The notes under the pieces: model-generated | Seen by the model: the letters and a program-made list of their open reading frames with translations, nothing else | Databases searched by the model: none | What the model was told of the DNA's origin: nothing | Made by a program: the position numbers and the translations under genes | NCBI RefSeq assembly: GCF_036588685.1 | Contig: NC_086377.1 | Span: 61,876,001 to 61,940,000, forward strand | Origin: Mytilus trossulus | Lineage: Eukaryota | DNA: 64,000 nucleotides | Direction of reading: 5' to 3' | In this document: piece by piece, positions 27,101-39,721 of the stretch | Layout: each line of letters begins with the position of its first letter | Position numbering within the stretch: the stretch's first letter is position 1

Positions 27101-30034
27101 ATATATTGATGAAAACTGTTTTCTGTAGTGCATTTGCAGATCAATTGGCATATATTTAGTGCAACAAACACGAATAATACACATATTTGTTTATAGCATA
27201 TGGAGTCAAAACGAGTTTCAATTTGAAGTAAACCTAGTTATATCACACATTAAATCTTTCAACATGGAGTTGAATCTAATTTCAATTTGCATTAAATGAA
27301 AGTTTATTGTTGTATTAAATTTACAACTCGATGTTTAATCAGAATTAAAACCACAGTAAACAGATTTCTGTTTGGAATATCTTTGACTTTAATGTGTAGT
27401 AAATCATGTTATACAGGTATCCTCTACATTAAATTTGAAGTTGTATGTCTATTAAACTTCAATAAATTTGAAAAAATACTGGACAGTAAATCAGGTGTCG
27501 ATTTGTGAACTTACTGCATCCAGTAAACTATTTGTAAACTACTATTAAATATTGCGTTTACTTGACCAATAAACTACCAGGAAAATAATAAACTCGGAAC
27601 TTACAACTAGTTTTCAAGTAGTTTAATGATTCCTTAAACTAATCATTTCATGCAGTGTACATTACTTGACGAAACTTGACATATCGAGAAAAAGAGGGAG
27701 CAGTAATTCATTTAAAATTATTTTGGCCTATCGGCCTAAAATTTGACTACAAATCACAACTTCCGAATAAAAATTAGATGATCGATAACATAATTACAAA
27801 TTAAACAAGTTTATGCGTTAAACATAAGGTATTTCTCTATACAATCATATCTATGTGGGAGGGGCTTCGGTCAAATTTGAAATAAACAGACAGGACTAGC
27901 GAATTTATGACGGAGGGAATGAATCGACCTCACTATACCAAAACACAAATAAGACTGCATGGTCGGCTTTCTATCGAACTGACAAAAAGAAGTTCAACTA
28001 CGTGACTATACCTCATAAAGTCGGGTGAAGAAGGATAAACGGTACTGTATTTTAATCGAAAAAAACAGAGGAGGAAATCAGTTTATCTTAAGAAGTAAAT
28101 CGGTTCTTATATACCTAAGTCGACAGACTAAAAGGTCGACAGCTTGGCACTACCAAGTTTGATAGGTTGAGTTGTAAAATGGACTTGCAAAGATAAGTTC
28201 TGAGGTTTTTTAATGAACTCGATTAAGAATAAGATGTCCATACGGTTGCATGATAAGGCCGTGCAATATTTGTTTTTATTTTGTTTTTACAAGATAAAAT
28301 TTTCAAGATTTAAAAACACATTCCGTCCATTTTTCCACTTACCGTCCATGTGGTAAATCAAAATTGGACGAGTCATTTTAATTTTTTATACCAGTAATTT
28401 AGCATGTTAAGCATTTTCATTTCGATTTGACCGTTTCAGTTTGATTATTGATAATTAGTGGCAAGTTTTACGTATATAAAATTATAATCCTGGTACTTTT
28501 GATAACTATAATTACGTCGTCACTACGAAAACATATGTTTCAATCAAGTTACATAAATTTAGAATAAAAGGAGTATAATAATCATATGGACATAGATGCA
28601 TAGTCATTGCATTAATGTCTCGCATGCCAGAATGTTTTTTTTTGTGTAGCTTTTATTTGACATATTTGAATATATCTTGCGTCTGGTGGCAAATGACTAT
28701 TCGATGTTGATAACTTGTAGTTCTCGGGAACATTAATACTTGCTTTTTTGTGTCTTATGCTGACATAGTTTGGTCGGTCGTCTTTCATAGTGGCATTATA
28801 ATACCCTCGTCACTTGAACAATGGATATGGACTGTATTCACATGAAAGTTTTTTTTGTGTGTAGACACATCTTTCCCCTTTGATAAAAGGGTGACAATCC
28901 AATTGAAACCATGTTCAAATGTTTTATACGCCAAAATACCTTAAGTAGGTACAATGTATAGTTCTGGTATATTCTATTATATGAATTATGCTTGGTCTCC
29001 AAACACCTGAATTTAAAAGAAAATATATACCTAAAATAAAGAGAGCAGACATTATTTTTTTATGATCCAATTACATGTTTCGAAAAGATATCATACCACC
29101 CTAAGTCAAGGACATTAACTATACTGCACTTCACGTTATTATTAAAAAAAAAGAAGATGAAGAACGTAAAAAGTAAAGCTTGTTACGTTTTATTTCAATG
29201 TTATTGACAAGCAACCTGTTTAGATAACACAGCATGTTCTTAGTGTGTCGTTTCACACCAGTGTAACGTTATGGTATTGCATGAATATTAACAAATAAAA
29301 GAAAAATAATAAATAGAGCTGTTTAACAATTCTGGAACACAAATTGTCATTATCTAGAATTGTACAACTGTGTTCTCTGTAAAAATGACCTGTCTAAAGA
29401 TCATAAGTTTCAAACTGTCATAGAAAAACTGTTCCGTGTAGAACAAATTATATCAGAAAAGGTTCTAAATATGTCAAAGGAACTGTTCTAATGACAGTTT
29501 CTAATAGATTTTAACAATGCTAAAATTAATCCAAACTATAAGTATTACTTTTATTTAGGATGGATTATGCTTGAGTGTGACGTCCGCAATCTTATGAAAA
29601 AGTGTTAGTTACATTACCATATGACAGTCAAAGTGACTTTTTGAAACAAAACGAGACCAAATATACAAAACGATCAATTTTGCTATCAATTTTGAATTAA
29701 CGGTACTCATGAGTAACAATAATGACATTTCTAAGAACATGTATATGAATAATTGATTTGGTTTGTAAAAAGGTAACTGCTGTTGCAACTGCCTTGTAAT
29801 AAAACTGAAAGAAAATGTGTACATTCCTTCATAATGCCTAGATCGCTACTACTATAGTATGAGATCCACAATATGTGCATTGAATATTTCTAGGCACTGT
29901 CTTTAATATATCCCTGTTTTGATTGTACACTTACATTCAGATAATGGTCAAAGTTGTTAACTATTGACCCGCTGCAATAAGTTGCACCTGTCCTAAGTTA
30001 GGACTCCGATGGTCAGTGCTGTCGTTTGTTGATG

Positions 30035-30244
30035 TAGATTATAGAGAGGTTAGGAAGGTAAGACACCAAGTTCTAACTAAAATAATTAGGTGGATTATCA
30101 ATAGGTTATAGAAAGGTAAGGAGGGTAAAACACCAGCTACTAACTGAAATAATTAGGTGGATTATCAATAGGTTATAGAGAGGTTAGGAAGGTAAGACAC
30201 CAGGTACTAACTGAAACAATAAAGTAGATTATCAGTAGATTATA
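30035..30244. repeat. 67-bp satellite, left part (~3 units)
   Basis: Unit GACACCAGGTACTAACTGAAATAATTAGGTGGATTATCAATAGGTTATAGAGAGGTTAGGAAGGTTA. Confidence 0.95.
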
Positions 30245-33200
30245 CACTGCATGAAATGATTAGTTTAAGGAATCATTAAACTACTTGAAAACTAGTTGTA
30301 AGTTCCGAGTTTATTATTTTCCTGGTAGTTTATTGGTCAAGTAAACGCAATATTTAATAGTAGTTTACAAATAGTTTACTGGATGCAGTAAGTTCTCGAA
30401 TCGACACCTGATTTACTGTCCAGTATTTTTCAAATTTATTGAAGTTTAATAGACATACAACTTCAAATTTAATGTAGAGGATACCTGTATAACATGATTT
30501 ACTACACATTAAAGTCAAAGATATTCCAAACAGAAAGCTGTTTACTGTGGTTTTAATTCTGATTAAACATCGAGTTGTAAATTTAATACGACAATAAACT
30601 TTCATTTAATGCAAATTGAAATCAGATTCAATTCCAAGTTTAAAGATTTAATGTGTGATATAACTAGATTTACTTCAAATTAAAACTCGTTTTGACTCCA
30701 TATGCTATAAGCAAATATGTGTATTATTCGAGTTTGTTGCACTAAATATATGCCAATTGATCTGCAAATGCACTACAGGAAACAGTTTTCATCAATATAT
30801 CACCAATAACAGTTCTTACAAACTCTATCATAATGCATGACATATTTGTTTATGCAAAAATTCGCCAGTATTACAAATGAAGCCATAAGTTGCCTCAATC
30901 AATAATTCGAATCAGAGACTCATGACTGCCTCAAAATTTGAGATAATTACAATGAGAGAAACAAGCTGTCTGTAATGGAGAATTTGCCTGACTAAAGCGA
31001 AAACCTGAATAAAAAAAACAATTGTATAACGTATTAACTAACTTTATTCTTTATTTTCAATTTACAAATACATGACATATGAAAGAACTAACATTCCTTT
31101 CTATAATAATTTGAAAACAAGAACAATATCTGCATACATATTAAATTATACAACTCTAATTTTGAGCATTTTTGATTTTTTTTCTGAGCTGTTTTAAGGA
31201 ACAATAAAACATTCATAAAACATAACCTTTAAATATAATAAATATTACGATATTTGAAGAATCCTATTGTTGTGGTCTGGGAACAGTATATGTAACATAT
31301 ATATTTTCCTGTTGTGATGGATTCCATTTTATGACCTAATTGATCCTAATTTTAAACTAACAATTGTTTTAATAGAAAGAGTTAGTTCCCTTTGAATACA
31401 AAAGTTTGAGCTGAATAATGAAAATCAACGTAATTTGGAGGGTTTAAAAAGCACCCAATTAGTTGCAACCGGTTACCCCGTTCTTATAAAAATAATAATT
31501 ATACGAAAATTATCATACTGAATTTTTTTATAAGAATCTTAATAATTATGAACGTATTTATAAAACTTTACGTTAAAACAAAACTTTCTAAATATCCCGC
31601 TGCTGTACCGTTTTTACATTTAATTTCATTACAACACCCGATATCCAAAAGTGAATGTTGTTTATTCTCTTCTTTTGATTTATTTTGATTTTCTGTAATT
31701 GCTAATTATTTCACTCTTAATCTTTACATATATATATTCAAAATATCCATCTTATCACTTTTCAACTGACATAACATGTAAACTAATAAGTGTAAATCGT
31801 TCGTTTAAATATGAGTTTGTAACGTTTAAATAAGTTTACAATTAAAGCAAAATTCTGTTTATCTATGTCTGCACTTTAAACATACCTTCATTTTCCTTCG
31901 TATTAAATTTTAAAAAAATCTTCATTCTTTTAAAGATACGAAAAATGTTCTTATTCTAACAAGAGTTGTTTCCCTTTCATTGTTCAATTGGTATAACGAA
32001 TCCCATAATATTATAAGTCCCTAGTTACGTACGTGTGTATGTGTTTAAAATATTATATTTGATTATGCTTGCTTGGACACCAATGAGCAAAATACACAAT
32101 GAAGAGTTTCACAAAGACAAGGATTTATAATGTAAAACCAGCTGTTGTCTACATGCATTGTATAACTGCTTATATCAGGATAGCAGATTCACTTTTATTA
32201 CTACTACATGGCTATTTCATATATTGTATAATCACACACAAAAGAAACATTAAAACATATTGAAATTTAATTTATCCGAAGTTTCTCACTATTTCGAAGA
32301 ATTTCCATTTTGTCTTAAACAATTTACTACTGTGTGTGTGCAAATAAAATAAACTACTTGTTTACGCAGGAGCACATCATATATTGAACAAAAACAACGG
32401 AGAAAATTCAATAAAATAATCATTGTTTACATATATTTTCCGTGATGTTAGGTTTCAAATCAAGAAGGTTATAATTTTGTTTTGCCAATGACATGTTATT
32501 TATAATTTTGCCTATTACTACAGTATTGTTGTTTCAAGAAGCACTTTTAATTAACTATTTGTATCAAAACATCCTCCTACGACCCGCTTGTTGTTGTTGA
32601 AGACGGTATGCTGACATGAGGGTGTATTTTTTGTATAATTGTTCGCATCCATTTGATTTCGTGAAGACTGAAATATGTTAACATAATAATTGAAAATTAC
32701 CAGCGATGTTCTTTGTTTTTGTAGCTTTGGACATTTAATTATGTAAAAATTAATAACAATTACATGTAGCAATTACTGCATACCTAAACAATATACAGTT
32801 TAATCAATGATTTTTACTATCTAAACACCCATTCATGTCCTAGCACGACTTCTGTTTTTTTTCCTTAAAGAAACTGCCCCAACCTTTCGAATATTATTCT
32901 GCCGTCTGCTTCTCTTGCTCAGTTTATTTTCGTGTTTCTGGTCTAGGTTTTTTGACTAATTTGTCAAAGTCGTCAGACCTCCAAGGCAGAAGTGTGACGA
33001 TAAACGACCCTTCGTCTCAGTTCTGAATCGGTTTGTTCAGAAGACATATACTGTATCTCCATACTTTGCAGAACTGTTTCTTTTTGTTCTTTTGGCATGC
33101 TGGATATTTCTTTTAATGCCTTTTTTCTGTTGTTTAATTTCTAAAAAACGAATTAAGCTCTAATAAAAATTCCTTTAATTTCATTTTGAATACATACAAC

Positions 33201-33365
33201 TGGAATAGATTCTATATATGCCTCAATAACTCTCCTTCAATAAAGACATTATTATTTTCGTTATTTCTATAAACAATAACGTCCAGCAAAAAGCAATCTA
33301 TTTTTTTTGTATGTAATAACACCTAATATAAGAAAGCCAGATTTTTATTGGTTGGTAGCCAGTGT

Positions 33366-34139
33366 TGAAATATTGAAATATTGGTTACATATTATTACAA
33401 ATAAACCAAAAGTTGTATATGATGTGTACAAACTCTTGTATGACGATGCTATCAATGGTTATGTAAACTGGGCCTCAAATATTCGTGATATGTTATATGA
33501 TCTTGGTTTAAATTATGTATGGCTAAACCAAGATGCTAGCACAATTTGTATAAATAACATTAAAACTCGTATTAAAGATCAATACTTGCAGAATTGGTCA
33601 GCTTCTATTCAAGAATGTAGTAAACTGTCTTTTTATAGTACATTTAAATTAACTTTTTATATTGAAAAATATCTGTCTTATAGCAATAATGTTAATCTGT
33701 TAACAAAGTTACGTAGTGGAACGTTAAAGTTAAATATTGAAGTTGGCCGTTATAATAATATTCCTAGAGAAAATCGTTTATGTGAATGTTGTAAAATGTG
33801 TGTTATTGAAGATGAATACCATTTTGTTCTTGTGTGTCCATCTTATAGATCTGTACGAACACAATTTTTACCAAAGTACTATTGTCATTGGCCTAATAAT
33901 ACCAAACTATTAAATTTACTACAAGCTTCTAGTAAGTCTCTTACGATCAAATTATGTAATTATGTAAAAGCTGCATGGAACATTCGATCTTATATAGTCT
34001 CATAACTTAATTTATATGTCATTGTATCATACTATAATTGTTCTCTGTTGTCTTCATGTTTTATATTATGTAATATATGTTGTTAATTTTGCCATAGCAT
34101 GTTTATGCTTTGCAATAAAGATTCATTCATTCATTCATT
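33366..34139 (+). mobile_element. 5'-truncated non-LTR retrotransposon (RTE-X/I-group-like), C-terminal part of ORF2 with CCHC zinc knuckle
   Basis: Open frame to the stop at 34005 with ...LRSGTLKLNIEVGRY...LCECCKMCVIEDEYHFVLVCPSY. AATAAA plus (ATTC)n tail. TSD CAGTGT (33360-33365, 34140-34145). Empty site in copy 1 at ~24525-24530. Confidence 0.9.
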
Positions 34140-35720
34140 CAGTGTATTTTTCGCATATTCTAATATTTTTCCTCATTTCAAACGAATTTGCCTGTTTTTC
34201 ATCACTGCCGGTGAATTTGCCTGAAATACCATGGTATTTGTCATTTTGGATATTCCTTTTTCACCCTCTCGAGCATCCGCCCTCAAAAAACTTAGATATG
34301 ACGTTACATAAAAAAGCGAGCTAACGCGTATTAGTACATGTATTATTACCACAGTTTTATGATAATTTCCTCTTAGCCTCAAAATTGTGCATAAAAATGT
34401 TAATGAATTGTAGCTTTCAAGTTCAAAAAAATCAAAGAGTTTCATTCCAAACTATACGGTGTAATTAAACAGATATATCATGTTATGAAGGGGTATTTGT
34501 GAAAAATACCAGTCTTGGGACAGATTTTTTTCGCCTAGCGACTCGGAAAATTTCACAGTCCCTTGACTGGTATTTTCTGCAAATACCCCTCCATAACATG
34601 ATATATCTGTCCAAAAGCACCTGCAAAATGATGCAACTTCTAGTATGCGATCCTATATCTAACGCCATAAGAAATAGTCGACATTTTATTGTAGCGTTAC
34701 GGCCTCACCCCCTATGTATTTTACTAACCCTCTATGGATCCGTAGGGGATCAGTAGCGAACCATATGACTTATAATAGAAAATGAATTAAGTTAAAAGGG
34801 GTCCCTAATCATTGTTAATTTAGAGTGATATAAGTATATAATAACAAATGAAGCTCCACTCTAAATCCGTTGACTGTTATAATAGACTGTATATGCAGTT
34901 TGCTGAAAATTAAAATTGATGTATCAGAAATCTATAAACCACTGCTTTTTTTTTTTTTGGAACTAATACAGATTAAAGTAATCCAAGAATCAGGGTTTTT
35001 TTCCAAATTGTTTACCATATTAAAAAAAACAGTTCTTACTCTTTTCAATCTGCTGTACACAGCCATTTTCTTGTTATGTTCTTCTTGTTTACCAGTCTCT
35101 TCTCTTCGTTTCTTTGCTTTGAACGATTCAAAATTTGTCTTTATTCCTTCTACAAAACAAAACATCTACTTAATGCAATTCAAAATAATAATTAAACAAA
35201 CGATTGCTTTTCTCGAATTGAGCCTAAACTGTAGTCCATTGTAGATTGTTTTCATGTGATATGATCGAAATGAAAATAAATCTACTAAAGTTACATGATA
35301 TTATGCATTTGCTAGTAAGTGATTCGATAACACTAAAACTTATTTATGGTATGGAAACTATATAGCGTTTCAAAATATTATTGAAAGTTATCTTAACTGC
35401 AATTTCGCCAATATTTTAATTATTTATTTTTTTGTACTACAAACCTCTTACAACCCCCTCCACTTCGTCAGGATATTGACCTTTTACGAATTTAATGATA
35501 AAATCGGACATCTCCTTATTCTCTGCAGAATTATATCTGAAAAAAAATCATTTGAAAATTAATCTTACTGAACATTACAGCTGAACAAAGGAGATCATTT
35601 CTTAAGCAAGCGTGTAACAAATGTCGGTAAAATAATCAATGTGTGCTGAAAAGTTGTTTGAATCTGAATTGAAGTATGATAATTAAATAAAATTAATATA
35701 TCTTGCAAACTTTTCATTTA

Positions 35721-36424
35721 ACAGTCAGGGGCATTACTTAAACAAATAACTTTTTAAATTACCTATATAAGTAATGTTGAAAACGAGGCTATTTTACAAA
35801 TTACTTATATAAGTAACTTTTCTAAATATTATTTTTATAGGTGACCAATTATACAAATTTTACTAGTTTTAACAAATTTTTACAGTCATCTGGTTATTTT
35901 TCCCATGAAATATAAAATATAATCTTTCTGAAACACTAATTGCTTTTCTGACGCACTTATCTTTGATATCGACGCTTCTTGGTCAAAGGTTGGTCTCTTG
36001 GGACTATTAAAATATCGTTTTCCTTCAAAATCTTAAAAGGAGACAGATATAAATAGATAGAAACTTATGAATTAATTAAGACTTGAAGTAATATAATTTG
36101 TAACCCATAACAATTACATATGTTCCTTAAATAAGTGTTATTACTAATTCTTTCAAAGATGTACAAAATAACTTATTCAAGTAACATTTTTGTCATTATT
36201 TTTAAAGTAACCCTTAATGTCTATTCTCCTCTCAAATCTTACAAATTCTTAAATTTATGATATAAAATGAAAGATGTAAAAAAATCATGAAAACGACATT
36301 TAGTCCCTGCTTCTATTGAAATTAAAAATAACTCTATTGAGTAATTTTATATTTTTTTAAAATCAAAAACTACCTATATAAGTAACTAAAAAAAGTTACA
36401 TGTTTAAGTAATGCCCCTGACTGT
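35721..36424. mobile_element. Same MITE in transposon copy 2
   Basis: Same TIRs; TTA on both sides. Confidence 0.8.
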
Positions 36425-39400
36425 TTAGAATGACTTAAAAGTTCAGATTTATACTCGAATTAGAGTTATGATAAAAGATTGAAAGTAATTAACTTTATGA
36501 TCATGTTTTGGTCTAGTTTTTTATTCAAAAAAAAAAATGTTTCAATGTCGTTAATCACAGATAATTGACCATAATCATTTCCGAAACCGAATTGTTTACT
36601 GACAAATGTTGACACATACATAACTGATTAATTGCATGTAGATAAACCATGCGGTTTTTTTTAATTTCCAACGGAATTTTAAAATCATTTAATTATAAAC
36701 ATACTTAATGATATTGCCAGCTTCGTTCTTTGTTTTCCATATGAAATCCCTTTCAATCATACCTTGCTGGAAACCACACCGTATTTATTGCTGAAAGGGA
36801 AAAGATACGCTCTTTTGCATTTGAATGCATTTAATTGCATGCATAAAATAAAAAAAACTGAGAACTGAACAAATGTATATGTGTAGAAAGTTTCAAATTA
36901 TACAAAAAGTAAAATATATATTCATAGAATTTCACGACTTCATTAATATTACGTTATAATAAACACAACAACATGTTTTCAAAGTTAGTAAAATGTCCCA
37001 GTTTTTGTACAATCAATACACAAATTGTAAGCGTACAATATTCATGCGAATCTTTTGCCGACAACAATCATGCTTAGCTTTGTAATCCGTTGAAAAATAA
37101 AAATAAATGACAATTTGCTAAAAGTATTGAATTTTCATTTCGCAAACATAGTGCATTGTAACAGTTATGTTGCACTACATAAAAATAAAGATTGTATATA
37201 AGCTATCCCTTCCCATATGCACAATGAATAATTACTTACTGCAATTTGTACAGGGACATTAATCTTTTGGCTTCTTTTTTTATGCATCTGTTTTTGAGTG
37301 TAGCATTTGAATCAAAATATCCACTTTCTTTTTAACATTACTTTGATTTTCTTGCACTTTTATCGTAGGACGTGTAGAAAAATCCGTTTGTTCGGAACAA
37401 AACTCGAGCAGTTCAACCCTGATATTTTAAGATGTCTGCACGTTGATTTTATTTACATTCAGATAATTTATCATTCATATAATTTTTGGTATATTAGATA
37501 AATAATTTCTGTTAAAAATATCTAATTTTCCGCTTTTCCAAAAACGAGGTTTATGTGTTTCCTATATGAAGTTTGACAGGGGTCGTTTCAACAAAGCGTC
37601 TGGTAAAAAAATGTCTTTAGACACTCTTACAGATTTTGAAATGCTTCTTATAAATAGTTACGATTGTGTTCTGCACAGGGTTGTGGTGTATTGTTTAAAT
37701 TCAAATCTTTATTAAATTTTGTTCATCTAGACCTCTGGAATGATTTTTCAAGTGAATATCTTTGTTAACTCTTTTTGAATTAGTTTTATGCATGAAGCGA
37801 ATTTTTATTTATCAGTTGTTTACCAATCTCTTAAACACATTATTTTTACTGAATAAAAGGATGTGTACTTTGATGGGTTTTACATATGATATTAATATAT
37901 ATTTTTAAAAATCTTCCTTCTCTAATTCCGTCTCAAATGTCCCTTTGAGTTTAGTATGCAAGGATTCTAGATTCATAAGACAAGAGGCCATGGCAAAAAA
38001 TGGAAAAAAAACCAACAGAAAAACAATAGGTTACATGACACAACATAAAAATCTAAAGAATAAGCAACATGAACCCCACATAAAAATAGGGTGATCTCAG
38101 GTGCTCCGGGAGGGTAAAAATCTACCCTTCCGAACATCATAACTTTTCGCAGGAAACTCAAATGTATTAATGAAAGAAGCATTGGACGAAAGAGTAAGCA
38201 AAAAAAACATGCGACCAAAGATAAATATCTAAAGATAACAATGACGATATAATCTCACAAAACGTAAGGCAAGCTATATATGTCTGTCTATGTCTGTCAC
38301 GTGTCTAATAATAATAATAATAATTCTTTATTTAAAGAGGGTTACACAGTTAGCTATAAAGCTAATCTTTCTTGAGACCCTGTCTTTCTGTGTTGTGATA
38401 TTACACTTTTGTTTCAGATAAAGTAAGGGGTCTGTACCAATTAAAACGTTTAAACCCCTTGCTTTTGTTTGCACATGACCAAAGTCCGGAATCTGATGTT
38501 CTGTTGATATACAGTTCATAAGTGTTTCTCGTTTCTCGTTTTTTAAATAAATTAAACCTTTGGTTTGCCATTTGAATGGTTTTACACTAGTTATTTTTTA
38601 TAGCTTGCTGTTCGATGTGAGCCAAAACAAATTCAGAAAATAATATATATATAACCATGTATATCAAATTCAATGTCATAGGCAAACAAGAAACACAATC
38701 TTATAATTTTGAATTGTTAAGACTGAAATATGAAGACATAAGTATTATTTAACTTATTCAGGAAAATACACAAGCAATGTAAGCATGACCCCCTGCCGTA
38801 TATTGAAATTTTTTTCCCTACGTTTGTATGCCCCACCTACGATAAAAGAGAGACATTATATTTTCTGGTCTGTACGTCCGTCCGTTCGTCCGTCCGTCTG
38901 TACCGGTCAAGGTTATTTTTTTTGGTCAATGTAGTTTTTGATGAAGTTGAAGTTCAATGAACTTGACACTTAGTACTCATGTTCCCTGTAATATGATCGT
39001 TCTAATCTTTATGCCAAATTAAAGTTTTGACCCCAATAACGGTCCACTAAACATAGAAATGATAGTGCGAAGTTTAAGTTAAAGTTTTTGGTTAGGGTAG
39101 TTTTTGATGAAGTTGAAGCCCAGTCAACTTGAAACATCCATGATATTATCTTTCTAATTTGCAAAAACATCAATAATTTTCAACCAATGATATAAAATAA
39201 AAGATTAATGAGAACTATGTAAGTTCTAAAATAATATGTAGATAAAGAATCTAGTATAATATGGGTTTTTAATTAAATACTAATGCATTTTAATGAATAT
39301 AAATAGGTGTCCTACGGTTAGGACGATCAATGCGATAGATCAAGTTAGACAAAGACATGTCATAAGATAGTCTTAGAACACGTAATTATCCTATGATAGC

Positions 39401-39631
39401 TTCGGGAACACCACCAAGAATTGCCATTAAAAACTTATTCTCGAAGAAGGTGTATTTACTCAACGAAGAACACAATATAAAAATAAGGATATGTGGTATT
39501 CCTATCAATGAGACAGCTATCCACCAAAGTTCATATGAAGAGGATTTAAGCAATTACAAGCAATTGCACGGCCTTTAACAATGACAAAAAACAATACCGT
39601 ATAAATAGTCGGCAATAAAAGGCCCCGACAA

Positions 39632-39721
39632 CACAGGCACTTGTCTCAGAAAAAAAAATCTTATATACGTTAATATAACAGGTATACATAGGAACATTTT
39701 TTTCTGAGACAAGTGCCTGTG
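39632..39721. mobile_element. Micro-MITE, copy in transposon copy 2
   Basis: Same TIRs; TSD CCCGACAA on both sides. Confidence 0.85.

Larger units (their letters stand above)
393..27657 (+). mobile_element. Giant non-autonomous CACTA/EnSpm-like DNA transposon, copy 1 (27.3 kb including an internal 8-kb duplication)
   Basis: Starts CACTGCATGAA (393-403) and ends TTCATGCAGTG (27647-27657). Flanked by the 3-bp direct repeat TAC (390-392, 27658-27660). Homology to copy 2 stops exactly at these termini. Confidence 0.9.
32817..37430 (-). pseudogene. Same decayed gene in transposon copy 2 (exons include 35445-35536, 35040-35149, 32817-33140)
   Basis: Reverse-complement copy. Two stops of copy 1 are CAG and CGA here; the last-exon frameshifts are shared. 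ORF 34932-35165 of the track contains one exon. Confidence 0.7.

Noticed and set aside
27840-28260. GC-richer spacer segment as a coding remnant
   Set aside because: No sustained reading frame or motif that I could identify.
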